A DNA stretch of 60,582 nucleotides from Candidatus Levyibacteriota bacterium (GTDB lineage Bacteria > Patescibacteriota > Microgenomatia > Levybacterales > UBA12049), in contig JAJDCH010000006.1 of NCBI GenBank assembly GCA_029260905.1, positions 1 through 60,582 on the forward strand. Reading direction: 5' to 3'. Within the stretch, counting starts at the first letter, position 1. The number at the start of each line of letters is the position of its first letter. Positions 19,397-28,631 of this stretch are shown here, in pieces. The notes below the pieces were generated by a model that searched no databases, was not told the DNA's origin, and saw only the letters and a program-made list of their open reading frames with translations. The translations under genes and the position numbers were made by a program.

Positions 19397-20602
19397 ATGA
19401 AAAAACTGCTCATCATATCATCTCTTACTATAATAGTACTTGCTGGCATCTGGTTTTATTTTGCGTCAAACTATCCTGACACAAGCCCTCTCAAGTCTGT
19501 ACAGTTTTATATAGAGAAAATTATCAATCCAAGACCCAATCTTAAAAAAGAAACTTTTGGCTTTCTACCTTACTGGAGAGTAAACGAAACAAAAAATATC
19601 AAACTTCAATACATTTCGCATGTTGACTACTTCGGACTGGTTGTTGATGCAGATGGAGAATTTATTCAAGAAACAAATACTGAAACTGAACCTGGATATC
19701 GTGAATGGCAGACTCAAAAAGTAAAAGATTTTATGACAAAAGCTCAAATATTTGGTAGCAAAACATCACTTAGCATCATCTCACACGTCAATAGCACGAC
19801 TGAGGCGCTACTTGATCACCCTCAAGCCCAAGACAAGCTAATTGCAAATATTCTCAAAGAAGTAAAGACAAGAAAACTAGATGGAATAAATATTGACTTT
19901 GAATATTTGGGTGATGCTGATCCTGAATACAAAGCCAAATTTTCGGAATTTAGCAGGAATCTTAAAGAAGAGCTGACCAAACAAAACCCAGATAGCAAGC
20001 TCTACCTCAGCGTCATGCCCTATTCTGTGCGAAGTGATGACATTCTTGATTTAGTAAAACTTGAACCTATATATGATCGATTTATCGGTATGTCCTATGA
20101 TTTCTATGGAATATCAAGTGAAATCGCAGGACCAATTGCCCCTCTCACAGGCTATAAAGAAAACAAATATTACTTTGATGTAGCAACAATGTATGAAGAT
20201 CTTACCAAGCAAATCCCAAAAGAAAAAATCCTGATGGGTGTTGCTCACTATGGCTGGGACTGGACAGTTGAGGATGGAGAAACCATCCAAAGCCCAACTT
20301 TTCCGTCAGACCATGAAAATAATTACGCGGCTGTTATGTCTTATGCCAGAGCCCAAACTGATGAAAACATCAATCCTGAGAACTGTTCATGGGATGAATT
20401 CGCTTTTGAAACATGGTGCTGGTATACAGATACAGATGGAGTCGATCATCAGGTCTGGCTAGCAGATAACAAAACCATAAAATCACGCTACGATTTTGCA
20501 AAAAGTAATGATTTCACCGGCATCGCCATCTGGGTACTGGGATACGAAGGAGAAAATTCTAGTATTTGGGGTTTGATGAAGGATGGGTTTGGGAGAAATT
20601 AA
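19397..20602 (+). CDS. Glycoside hydrolase family 18 protein, membrane anchored
   Basis: LDGINIDFE catalytic DxxDxDxE-like motif, MSYDF, KILMGVAHYG, GIAIWVLGYE. Confidence 0.88.
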   Translation: MKKLLIISSLTIIVLAGIWFYFASNYPDTSPLKSVQFYIEKIINPRPNLKKETFGFLPYWRVNETKNIKLQYISHVDYFGLVVDADGEFIQETNTETEPGYREWQTQKVKDFMTKAQIFGSKTSLSIISHVNSTTEALLDHPQAQDKLIANILKEVKTRKLDGINIDFEYLGDADPEYKAKFSEFSRNLKEELTKQNPDSKLYLSVMPYSVRSDDILDLVKLEPIYDRFIGMSYDFYGISSEIAGPIAPLTGYKENKYYFDVATMYEDLTKQIPKEKILMGVAHYGWDWTVEDGETIQSPTFPSDHENNYAAVMSYARAQTDENINPENCSWDEFAFETWCWYTDTDGVDHQVWLADNKTIKSRYDFAKSNDFTGIAIWVLGYEGENSSIWGLMKDGFGRN

Positions 20603-21153
20603 ATATAACTTGCGTCAGCAGCTACTCGGGGTAAGTCCGGATCTGTTGCACCTTGCTTGACAGAAACAAGACCCCAAGCAGTAGGATTTCCCACAACCTT
20701 AGGCATATTCCTTAAATCAATAGGCTCTGGCATCATCCCAAGTAGATCACTATAAACTTTTCTTCCTACTACTCTGAAGTCTGCATCTTTTCCTTCCTCT
20801 ACTATTTTTAAATTAAAAAGCTTTGCCACCAGGTCTTCAACCAGCTTTGAATGTCCTCTATATTCTTTATCTCCTCTTGCATTCTTGATTCTTGCCTCAA
20901 TTTGGTCACGGCGGTTTTGATCACGCTCTATATGAATTGAACCAAACCTGCTGAAAATGTCCCGAAATGCGTTTCCTGCTACTCCCAGGTCTGCTCCATA
21001 AGCTTCTAATTCTTCTATGATCTGACCTCTTTTAACAGGCTCGCTGCTGGGAACTAGCTCAAAACTTTCTCTCCTCCTTACTCCCCTTGCGATATCCCAT
21101 TTTTTCTGAGCAGGGTTTTCTTCCGAAAACGATTTGGGATTAAATTCTCCCAT
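20599..21153 (-). CDS. Hypothetical protein
   Basis: 184-aa ORF; ends PRVAADASYI. Confidence 0.6.
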   Translation of the reverse strand: MGEFNPKSFSEENPAQKKWDIARGVRRRESFELVPSSEPVKRGQIIEELEAYGADLGVAGNAFRDIFSRFGSIHIERDQNRRDQIEARIKNARGDKEYRGHSKLVEDLVAKLFNLKIVEEGKDADFRVVGRKVYSDLLGMMPEPIDLRNMPKVVGNPTAWGLVSVKQGATDPDLPRVAADASYI

Positions 21154-21229
21154 ATAGATCTAGCAAAACATCAATTTTTACCTTTTCAAAAGTAAATTTA
21201 ACTCTATCTCTCCAAAGACATATATAAAA

Positions 21230-21688
21230 CTAATAATAATCTCGCATGTCAGCAGCTACTCTTGGATAATGAGGAGCAAGACACCCCGAGGAATTATGGG
21301 GTATCAAGCTCACAACTGTTACTTCAGGACCTGTTAATTTATCAGGTTTTTTGGGTTCTGGAAGTCTAATTCTTTCTGCAGGTGGCAAAATACCACTAGG
21401 CAACTCGGGATCCTTACCTGTAATTTTTTTTATTGTATCCATATTATCTCTTAATGCATTCTGATCCTGTGCCCACAATGGCCCTATAAAATGAGCACCA
21501 TCTTGTGGCTGCCTAAGCCTTCTCGTTTCTCTTGCAGTTCTCATCAAACCACCTTCTGCTCCCTGCAGCTTAAACCAATCTGGCAAAGAACCAGTGGAAG
21601 GAAAATTAACAACTACTCTTCCTGCCAAACCATCAGGAGGCCTTTGCAAACCTCCCCCTTGTCTTATTAGCTCTGCAGACCCAGCCAT
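21230..21688 (-). CDS. Hypothetical protein
   Basis: 152-aa ORF; ends PRVAADMRDYY. Confidence 0.6.
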   Translation of the reverse strand: MAGSAELIRQGGGLQRPPDGLAGRVVVNFPSTGSLPDWFKLQGAEGGLMRTARETRRLRQPQDGAHFIGPLWAQDQNALRDNMDTIKKITGKDPELPSGILPPAERIRLPEPKKPDKLTGPEVTVVSLIPHNSSGCLAPHYPRVAADMRDYY

Positions 21689-21813
21689 ATATTTACCGTA
21701 GCAACTGAATCAAACCTTGTCAATAGATATATATAGCGGTCATATCACTCAAACACACTAAATAAGCAATTTTCTCTCAAGGCTTAGCCTCACTATCTAT
21801 CACTTTCAAAAAC

Positions 21814-21842
21814 TTGACAAGAAACTTTATCCCTGATACATT
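21814..21842 (+). promoter_or_regulatory. Sigma70-type promoter
   Basis: TTGACA (21814-21819), 17 nt, TACATT (21837-21842). Confidence 0.65.
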
Positions 21843-21880
21843 TATATATAGATTTTAGATACTTATAGTTTCTGCCTTTT

Positions 21881-21979
21881 ATGATTTACTTAATACTTAT
21901 CGGAGCTTTAGTTTTTATCCCATTTCAGTTGTGGAAAATTCTCAAACCCCAACCAGCCAAAACACCCTCTAACAAATAA
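21881..21979 (+). CDS. Unannotated 32-aa single-TM peptide (MIYLILIGALVFIPFQLWKILKPQPAKTPSNK)
   Basis: Read directly; hydrophobic N-half and basic tail; lies just downstream of a near-consensus promoter. Confidence 0.55.
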   Translation: MIYLILIGALVFIPFQLWKILKPQPAKTPSNK

Positions 21980-21982
21980 CTC

Positions 21983-22100
21983 TCTAATTTTAATATCTAA
22001 ACACCAAATAAATCCAAAATATAAATATCTAATTTGTTTTGGAATTTGTACTTTTACTATTTGGTATTGTTTAGGATTTAGAATTTAGAGCTTAGGATTT
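21983..22100. repeat. Empty inverted heptamer-array hairpin (TCTAAAT class)
   Basis: AATATCT-AAACACC-AAAT...AAATATCT then GGAATTT...AGGATTT-AGAATTT-AGAGCTT-AGGATTT; overlaps the msrB stop. Confidence 0.75.
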
Positions 22101-22511
22101 ATCTTCCTTTTTCTTGAACTCAAGAGCTGCGGAGTTGATACAATAGTGCTGATTGGTTGGAGAAGAATTATCGTCAAACAAATGCCCCAGATGACCGCCA
22201 CACGTTTTACAAACTACTTCCGTTCGGGACATTCCCAAACTATTATCTTGGACTAGCTCAACCGTGTCCCTACTTGCCACATCAGCAAAGCTCGGCCAGC
22301 CCTCGAGTCCAGGAACATCTGATTCATACTTGGCATCACTCTTAAAAAGCACGCTCCCACAACCAGCACACGTATAGTCGCCTGTTTGACTATTTTGCAA
22401 AAGCTCTCCTGTCCCCGGGCGCTCCGTTCCCTTCTCTCGCAGTACTTTATACTGCTCAGGCGTCAGTCTTTCCTTCCAATATTTGTCGTCCTTGTCCCGC
22501 ATGTTGCCCAT
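22092..22511 (-). CDS. msrB: Peptide methionine-R-sulfoxide reductase
   Basis: LTPEQYKVLREKGTERP, CAGC, GWPSF, RTEVVCKTCGGHLGHLF, YCINS. Confidence 0.95.
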   Translation of the reverse strand: MGNMRDKDDKYWKERLTPEQYKVLREKGTERPGTGELLQNSQTGDYTCAGCGSVLFKSDAKYESDVPGLEGWPSFADVASRDTVELVQDNSLGMSRTEVVCKTCGGHLGHLFDDNSSPTNQHYCINSAALEFKKKEDKS

Positions 22512-22571
22512 GAATTTATTATATCAAAAAACTATAGATATTTTTGATACAGTCTGATATAATCGCCCGGC

Positions 22572-23015
22572 ATGGGAGTTGAAAATGAAACTAGAAAACT
22601 AGATGTGAGAGTCTTGGATAATCTTACTCCTGCCGACTTCGAGAATATAGATAATGTGCTGGGGAAAGGAAAGATTGCAGCACATTTTGGAACTAGTGGT
22701 TTACAAAGTGTGGTTATCTCATCAGGAGATAGACAACGTATAGTTTCTATCTACGCAGGTATTGTGCTTGAAGAAAAGAAAATTATAATAGCTTCACCTT
22801 CAATAAAGATTGATTCTAGCTCTCCAAGTGCTCACGATATTTACACATTAACAAAAGAAGAAACTTATCATAGAAAAATAATTGACTCGTCTCCTTCAGA
22901 TTATGGAAAAGTTCGGGAGGGAAAATTCATTGAGGCAGGTCTTGACGAAGCAACCAAAGCAGCAATCAAGGCTTCTATGAAACCGCGCACCCACGAAAAC
23001 CTTCAAAACATTTAG
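22572..23015 (+). CDS. Hypothetical protein
   Basis: 147-aa ORF with TATAAT 8 nt before ATG. Confidence 0.6.
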   Translation: MGVENETRKLDVRVLDNLTPADFENIDNVLGKGKIAAHFGTSGLQSVVISSGDRQRIVSIYAGIVLEEKKIIIASPSIKIDSSSPSAHDIYTLTKEETYHRKIIDSSPSDYGKVREGKFIEAGLDEATKAAIKASMKPRTHENLQNI

Positions 23016-23042
23016 CTTTGTGCTAAAATATAATCTCCTCAT

Positions 23043-25247
23043 ATGAAAAATCTATTTGGCATCAGGTGGAGAGAGATTGATCTCAAACTTGAACTGAAAA
23101 AGTTTTATAAAAAGCACAAAAGGCTTGTTTTTTTTGCTGGTTTGGCAGTATTTATATTTCTTCTTCTGATTCCTCCACTCACCTATCTCTACTTTGCAAA
23201 AGATCTCAAAGACAAAGAAACAATCATTAACCGTGGCAAAACAGGACTTACCCTACTTGACCGCGATGGACAGCAATTCTTTACATTCTTCCAGCCCAAG
23301 GAAATAAAATACGTAACAATTGACCAAATACCCAAACATACGCAAGAAGCAGTCATCGCAGCAGAGGATAAAAATTTCTATACAAATCCTGGATTTTCAA
23401 TCCGTGGGATAGCTCGAGCTTTTGTGGCCAATCTTTTTGCCGGACGTATAGTCGAGGGCGGATCAACCATTACCCAGGAGTTGGCCAAAAACGTCTTTCT
23501 TAACTCCAGGCGCAATTATCTGAGAAAATATCAAGAGCTTGTGCTGGCAGCAGAGCTAAATAGAAGATTCAGCAAAGAAGACATACTGGAGATGTATCTT
23601 AACTCTGTTTACTTCGGCGAGGGCGCGTTTGGGATTGAAAATGCCGCGCTTTCTTATTTTGGCAAATCTGCATCTGATCTGACTCTTGAAGAATCAGCAC
23701 TCCTTGTTGCTATACTTCCCGCCCCATCTGCTTTTTCTCCTCTTTCCAATGATGATTCTGAAGCGCTCAGACGTCAAAAAATAGTACTTAATGAAATGGT
23801 TGAAGATGGCTACATCACACAAAATGAGGCAGATACTACATCAAACATAGAGCTCAACTACAATCCTCAAGATATAACAGATCCCAGCATCCTCGCGCCT
23901 CATTTTGCTATCTTTATCAAGAACCAGCTTATCGAAAAATACGGCGAGGAACGTGTAACTAGAGAAGGATTCAGAGTGACAACAACAATTGATATTGAAA
24001 AGCAAGAATTTGCAGAAAAGACTGTCAAAAACCAAGTGCAAAATCTCAAGTTTAATGACGCCAGCAACTCAGCTGCAATTGCAATCAATCCTGAAAACGG
24101 GGAAGTAATCGTGATGGTCGGGTCTTATGACTGGTCTGATGAAAACTATGGAAAAACAAATATGACCCTCATCCCCCGTCAGCCTGGCAGCTCTTTCAAA
24201 CCAATTATCTATGCTGATGCACTTGAACGCAAACTGATAACACCTGCAACCATACTTGAAGACAAAGAAACTACTTTTGAGGGAGGCTACAAACCACAAA
24301 ATTATGACGAGCGTTTCCGTGGACCAGTTACTGTCAGACGCGCTCTTGCAAACTCACTAAACATACCTGCAGTTAGGACAATAGATATGGTAGGTATTAA
24401 AAATAGCCTTGAGAGAGCCGATGATTTTGGCATTACCACACTTGGGAAAGATAGCACAAAGTATGGTCTTTCACTTGTTTTGGGAGCAGGTGAGGTCCCA
24501 CTTATTGAGATGACCAGTACTTATGCAGCCTTTGCCAACAAGGGCGTCTGGCATGAACCAAAAACCATAATAAAAATTGAAAATAAATATGCTGAAACCG
24601 TGGATGAAAAAAACTGGTTCCAATCCCTCTTCAGCTTTATAAACGATCCTCAAAGTCATGAGGCCATTTCTGAAGAAACAGCTTTTCTCATTTCCAGTAT
24701 TCTATCTGATAATAAGGCGCGAGCTGAAACATTTGGCGGATCTCTCACTATCAATAGAGCTGCCGCAGTCAAGACAGGAACAACTGAAGATTATCGTGAC
24801 TCATTGACCATTGGCTATACACCAAATCTGGTTGTAGGTGTTTGGGTCGGCAATAATGACAACAGCCCCATGGATCGGGTGGCTGGATCAACTGGCGCAG
24901 GGCCAATCTGGAGAACTTTAATGAATAATTTCCTCTCAAATCTTGAAGTTATTGAATTTAAAAAACCAGCATTTGTGGTGGAGCAGGAAGTTTGTCTGGG
25001 CGCCAATTTCCCATACAAAGAATTTTTCCTAAGTGGTACTCAGCCTGAAGAATGCAACAGACCCACTCCTACGCCGACATCTACCCTGTCACCAACACCG
25101 ACCCAAACTCCTGATGAAAATAATGAAGAAAATGAAGAAAATAATCCGACTCCGACCCCAAGCCCTATCCCTACCAACGCGCCTATTCCAACAGTCCAAC
25201 CAACACCAACGACAATCACACTTCCTACAGTGACACTAAATCCATAA
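23043..25247 (+). CDS. Class A penicillin-binding protein (PBP1A family)
   Basis: GT51 motifs EDKNF, GGSTITQELAK, LEMYLN; transpeptidase SSFK, SLN, KTGT; Pro/Thr-rich tail. Confidence 0.95.
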   Translation: MKNLFGIRWREIDLKLELKKFYKKHKRLVFFAGLAVFIFLLLIPPLTYLYFAKDLKDKETIINRGKTGLTLLDRDGQQFFTFFQPKEIKYVTIDQIPKHTQEAVIAAEDKNFYTNPGFSIRGIARAFVANLFAGRIVEGGSTITQELAKNVFLNSRRNYLRKYQELVLAAELNRRFSKEDILEMYLNSVYFGEGAFGIENAALSYFGKSASDLTLEESALLVAILPAPSAFSPLSNDDSEALRRQKIVLNEMVEDGYITQNEADTTSNIELNYNPQDITDPSILAPHFAIFIKNQLIEKYGEERVTREGFRVTTTIDIEKQEFAEKTVKNQVQNLKFNDASNSAAIAINPENGEVIVMVGSYDWSDENYGKTNMTLIPRQPGSSFKPIIYADALERKLITPATILEDKETTFEGGYKPQNYDERFRGPVTVRRALANSLNIPAVRTIDMVGIKNSLERADDFGITTLGKDSTKYGLSLVLGAGEVPLIEMTSTYAAFANKGVWHEPKTIIKIENKYAETVDEKNWFQSLFSFINDPQSHEAISEETAFLISSILSDNKARAETFGGSLTINRAAAVKTGTTEDYRDSLTIGYTPNLVVGVWVGNNDNSPMDRVAGSTGAGPIWRTLMNNFLSNLEVIEFKKPAFVVEQEVCLGANFPYKEFFLSGTQPEECNRPTPTPTSTLSPTPTQTPDENNEENEENNPTPTPSPIPTNAPIPTVQPTPTTITLPTVTLNP

Positions 25248-25571
25248 AGCTGCTAATTTGAGATTTTTAACTTTTGCTTCAGGTTTCAATATCCGTTCTT
25301 CATGTTCATCGGCTTTCTCTTTCAAAACTTTGACTTCATGATCTTGAAAAATTCGATCCTCTCTGCCCTGGTCCAGCTCTCCCATGGCCTCATCCATTCT
25401 AGTAAAGATATCACTTCGGAATTCTATGAATTGATCTTTTATATCCCGCATCAAAGCTTCATTGCTTAGCTCTAAGGCAATCTTCGAGTCTTTCTTTGTC
25501 GGATAATTATCATGCGCTTCTTTTAGCTTCTCTTCTGTAACAGGCTTATCATTTGCGTATTTTTTCGTCAT
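25236..25571 (-). CDS. Hypothetical coiled-coil protein
   Basis: Charged helical ORF from MTKKYAND; start chosen at ATG 25571. Confidence 0.55.
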   Translation of the reverse strand: MTKKYANDKPVTEEKLKEAHDNYPTKKDSKIALELSNEALMRDIKDQFIEFRSDIFTRMDEAMGELDQGREDRIFQDHEVKVLKEKADEHEERILKPEAKVKNLKLAALWI

Positions 25572-25650
25572 GAACCAAAGTATAGTAAAGTGGTTTCTAA
25601 AAGAGAAGATAACAAACTGCAACAAAATCCAAATCTCTGCAAATTATCAC

Positions 25651-26391
25651 CTATTTCCCAAACCTCCTCTGTCTTCCCGCGAACTCTTGAAGAATGTCGC
25701 GAAATTCTTCCTTGCCAAAATCTGGCCATAATGTAGGTGTATGCTCCCACTCACTATATGCGCCTTTCCACATCTGAAAACCGCTTGTGCGAATTTCTCC
25801 GCCTGTTCTGATAATTAAATCGGGGTTGGGCTGATCGGGGAGATAGGTCTTATTTGTTATATGTTCTTCTCTGATTCGTCCTGTCATTCTTCTCCATAAA
25901 GGCGCTTTATTTACAGCATCTACAATTTCTGCTCTGCCACCATAATTAAGCGCGAAATTAACTGTAATTGACGTTCCGTTTTTACTTCTCTTTTGAACAT
26001 CTTCTATGCTTTCCACAATATCTTCTGGGAATTTTTTCCATCTCCCAACAGCTCTGACCTGCACTCCTTTTTCGATAAGCTGATTCATGTCTTCACTGTT
26101 AAAATATTCTCTAAAAACATCAAAAAGCTCTCCTACTTGCTCCTTTCCTCTTTTCCAATTTTCAGTTGAAAATGCCCAAAGAGTTAATTCTTTTATTCCT
26201 TGACTAGCCGCAAAATCAACAATTTCCTGAACATTTTTAGCGCCAATCCTGTGACCATCTATTCTTTCTCTACCGTTTTTTTCTGCGTATCTTCTGTTCC
26301 CATCCATGATTATCGCAACATGCTGAGGAACACGAGGTTCAAGATTTTCTCCTGCTTCTGGTGATCTTGGGTTACTTTCAGTAGCTACCAT
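25651..26391 (-). CDS. uppS: Undecaprenyl diphosphate synthase
   Basis: PQHVAIIMDGNRR, FSTENWKR, NYGGRAEI, PDLIIRTGGEIRTSGF. Confidence 0.96.
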   Translation of the reverse strand: MVATESNPRSPEAGENLEPRVPQHVAIIMDGNRRYAEKNGRERIDGHRIGAKNVQEIVDFAASQGIKELTLWAFSTENWKRGKEQVGELFDVFREYFNSEDMNQLIEKGVQVRAVGRWKKFPEDIVESIEDVQKRSKNGTSITVNFALNYGGRAEIVDAVNKAPLWRRMTGRIREEHITNKTYLPDQPNPDLIIRTGGEIRTSGFQMWKGAYSEWEHTPTLWPDFGKEEFRDILQEFAGRQRRFGK

Positions 26392-26429
26392 TGTCCGATA
26401 TTAACACATTTGAGGCCGATAATAAAGTC

Positions 26430-27854
26430 TTATGCTTTGCGGACCCTTGCTCCCTTTTTCCCATCTTCGACTATGTAGCCAAGCTTCTCTATTTTTTTGC
26501 GGGCAAGATCAGCAAGATTGAAGCGTTTTTCTCTTCGAAGCTTTTCTCTTTCTCTGAGCATTTCTTTTATATGCTCAGGCACAACCCCCTCCTCTTTTTT
26601 TATTTCAAAACTTCGATTCTTTATATCAAGACCCAATATCTCATCCATCTTAAAAAGAAGACGAGACTTGGCGCCAGTTGGATTGTCTGATTTCACAAGC
26701 TCCCACATCACGCCCAGGGCTTTTGACATATTCAGATCATCATTAACAGCCTCCATAAAAACTTCTTCATAGTCCTTAAAATCTTTCTCCAATGGACGAT
26801 CGCTTTCGGCTGGATCTTCCCAACTCGATACATCCTGCCAAAGTTTTTTTAATGCAGTTTGAGCTGCATCGAGTGAAGCAAATGTGAAATTCAACTCTTT
26901 TCTATAATGAGTCTGAAGATATAAATATCGAAGCGCTAAGGGATCATACCCTTCTTTCTGAAGATCATAAAGCTTGTAATTATTGCCAAGGCTTTTACTC
27001 ATACGCTCCCCAGCAACAAGTATGAATGCGCCGTGTATCCAGTAATTTACAAATTTTTTGCCTGTTGCAGCCTCGCTCTGTGCAATTTCATTTGGATGAT
27101 GAGTTGATTTAAGATCCACCCCACCTGTGTGAATATCAAACGTTTCTCCCAGATATTTCATACTCATAGCAGAGCATTCCAAGTGCCAGCCTGGGAATCC
27201 GACACCCCAAGGACTATCCCACTCCATTTGTCTTTTTCCTTGTCCTGAGCTTGCCGAAGGGCTAAATTTCCAAAGAGCAAAATCACGCTTGTTTTTTTTG
27301 TCCTTATTTATCTGGATCCTTGCGCCCTGTTCAATCTTATCCAAATCTGATAAAGCTCCATAATCTTCAAACTGTGAGGTATCAAAATATATTCCATCAG
27401 TAATGATATATGTAAAACCCTTTTCTTCAAGTCTTTGAATCAGCTCAATCTGTTCTCTGATGTGATCTGTTGCTCTGACAAATCTCTTGGGTTTGGTCAG
27501 ACCTAGAAGTTCATAGTCCTTGAAAAACGCATCAGTATAAAATTTTGCCACCTCCCAGGCGCTGCGACCTTCTTTGGCTGCTGTTTTTTCCATCCTATCA
27601 TCACCAAGATCTGCATCACCGAGATTATCCCCAGTCAGATGACCAACATCTGTAAGGTTCATAACGTAATCAACATCATAATTATTATATTTGAGAACTC
27701 TTACTAAAAGATCAGATGTATTATATGTACGGAAATTTCCGATATGAGCAAAATCATATACAGTTGGTCCACAAGCATACACACCAACGGTTGTTGGACT
27801 GATCGGCTTAAAAGATTCAAGCTTGCGGGTGAGAGAATTGTAGAGTTTTAACAT
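26430..27854 (-). CDS. cysS: Cysteine--tRNA ligase
   Basis: CGPTVYDFAHIGN, PGWHLECSAMS, DIHTGG, HHPNEIAQS, RMSKSLGN. Confidence 0.97.
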   Translation of the reverse strand: MLKLYNSLTRKLESFKPISPTTVGVYACGPTVYDFAHIGNFRTYNTSDLLVRVLKYNNYDVDYVMNLTDVGHLTGDNLGDADLGDDRMEKTAAKEGRSAWEVAKFYTDAFFKDYELLGLTKPKRFVRATDHIREQIELIQRLEEKGFTYIITDGIYFDTSQFEDYGALSDLDKIEQGARIQINKDKKNKRDFALWKFSPSASSGQGKRQMEWDSPWGVGFPGWHLECSAMSMKYLGETFDIHTGGVDLKSTHHPNEIAQSEAATGKKFVNYWIHGAFILVAGERMSKSLGNNYKLYDLQKEGYDPLALRYLYLQTHYRKELNFTFASLDAAQTALKKLWQDVSSWEDPAESDRPLEKDFKDYEEVFMEAVNDDLNMSKALGVMWELVKSDNPTGAKSRLLFKMDEILGLDIKNRSFEIKKEEGVVPEHIKEMLREREKLRREKRFNLADLARKKIEKLGYIVEDGKKGARVRKA

Positions 27855-27912
27855 AATCCACTTCTATGTATTATAGCTGATGAGGGTAATTATTGAAAGA
27901 AAAATCCATCCG

Positions 27913-28578
27913 TTATCCCTTATTTCCTCGTCCTGTTTCTCTTTTTCTAACTGCCTGATCACGCTCCATGCTTGATGCTTTCTTTCCCCCAGGCATTCCC
28001 ATTCTGTTTCTACCCTTTGACTGTGCAGGCGTAAATGCCTGTTTTTTTCTCTCCTCCTCTTCTTTTTTTCTTTTTTCTTCTTCCTCTTCTTCCTGCTTTC
28101 TTTGCTGATCTTCCTGCTCTACTTTTCTCTGTTCTTTCTTAACAGTATCCTCAAGCGTTCCGAGAGTATCATCATAATAATGCTGCATGTGATGCATAGC
28201 ATGCTCTGCGCCTTTATGATCGCCTTTGGCAAGATATTGCTGTCTGATCCGATACTTTGCATGATCTGAGACATTGGCCATTCCTCCCAGCTTGTGCATA
28301 GCCTTTCCCTGTTGAACAGGGGGCACGACAGACGCGCTTTGCTGCTTTTGTTGCTGCTGTTTTAACTGCTGTTGAGCTTGTGGATCATCGGGATTGATGT
28401 CTTTTTGTTCTGGAGATTTTTCTGTCTTACCATAAAGCTGGGCAACTATATCTTCATTTAGCTGTTTTCTGACAGCCTGAGCAGCAGCCGTTGTCTGACC
28501 TGCTGTTTTTTTTACTGATCTAATGACATTTTCTATGCCACCCTCAAAAGGGCTTCTTTTATACGGATTCCCCGCCAT
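27913..28578 (-). CDS. Hypothetical low-complexity Q/K/E-rich protein
   Basis: 221-aa ORF with poly-Q and EK-rich coiled coil; TATCAT 6 nt before ATG. Confidence 0.65.
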   Translation of the reverse strand: MAGNPYKRSPFEGGIENVIRSVKKTAGQTTAAAQAVRKQLNEDIVAQLYGKTEKSPEQKDINPDDPQAQQQLKQQQQKQQSASVVPPVQQGKAMHKLGGMANVSDHAKYRIRQQYLAKGDHKGAEHAMHHMQHYYDDTLGTLEDTVKKEQRKVEQEDQQRKQEEEEEEKRKKEEEERKKQAFTPAQSKGRNRMGMPGGKKASSMERDQAVRKRETGRGNKG

Positions 28579-28631
28579 GGTTCTATGATACTATTTTGGG
28601 AACAAATTGCAAAATGGGGAAAAATAGCTTA

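Noticed and set aside
21826-21940. DnaA boxes / replication origin
   Set aside because: Only one or two mismatched boxes (e.g. TTTTCCACA); the region is better explained by a promoter and small ORF.
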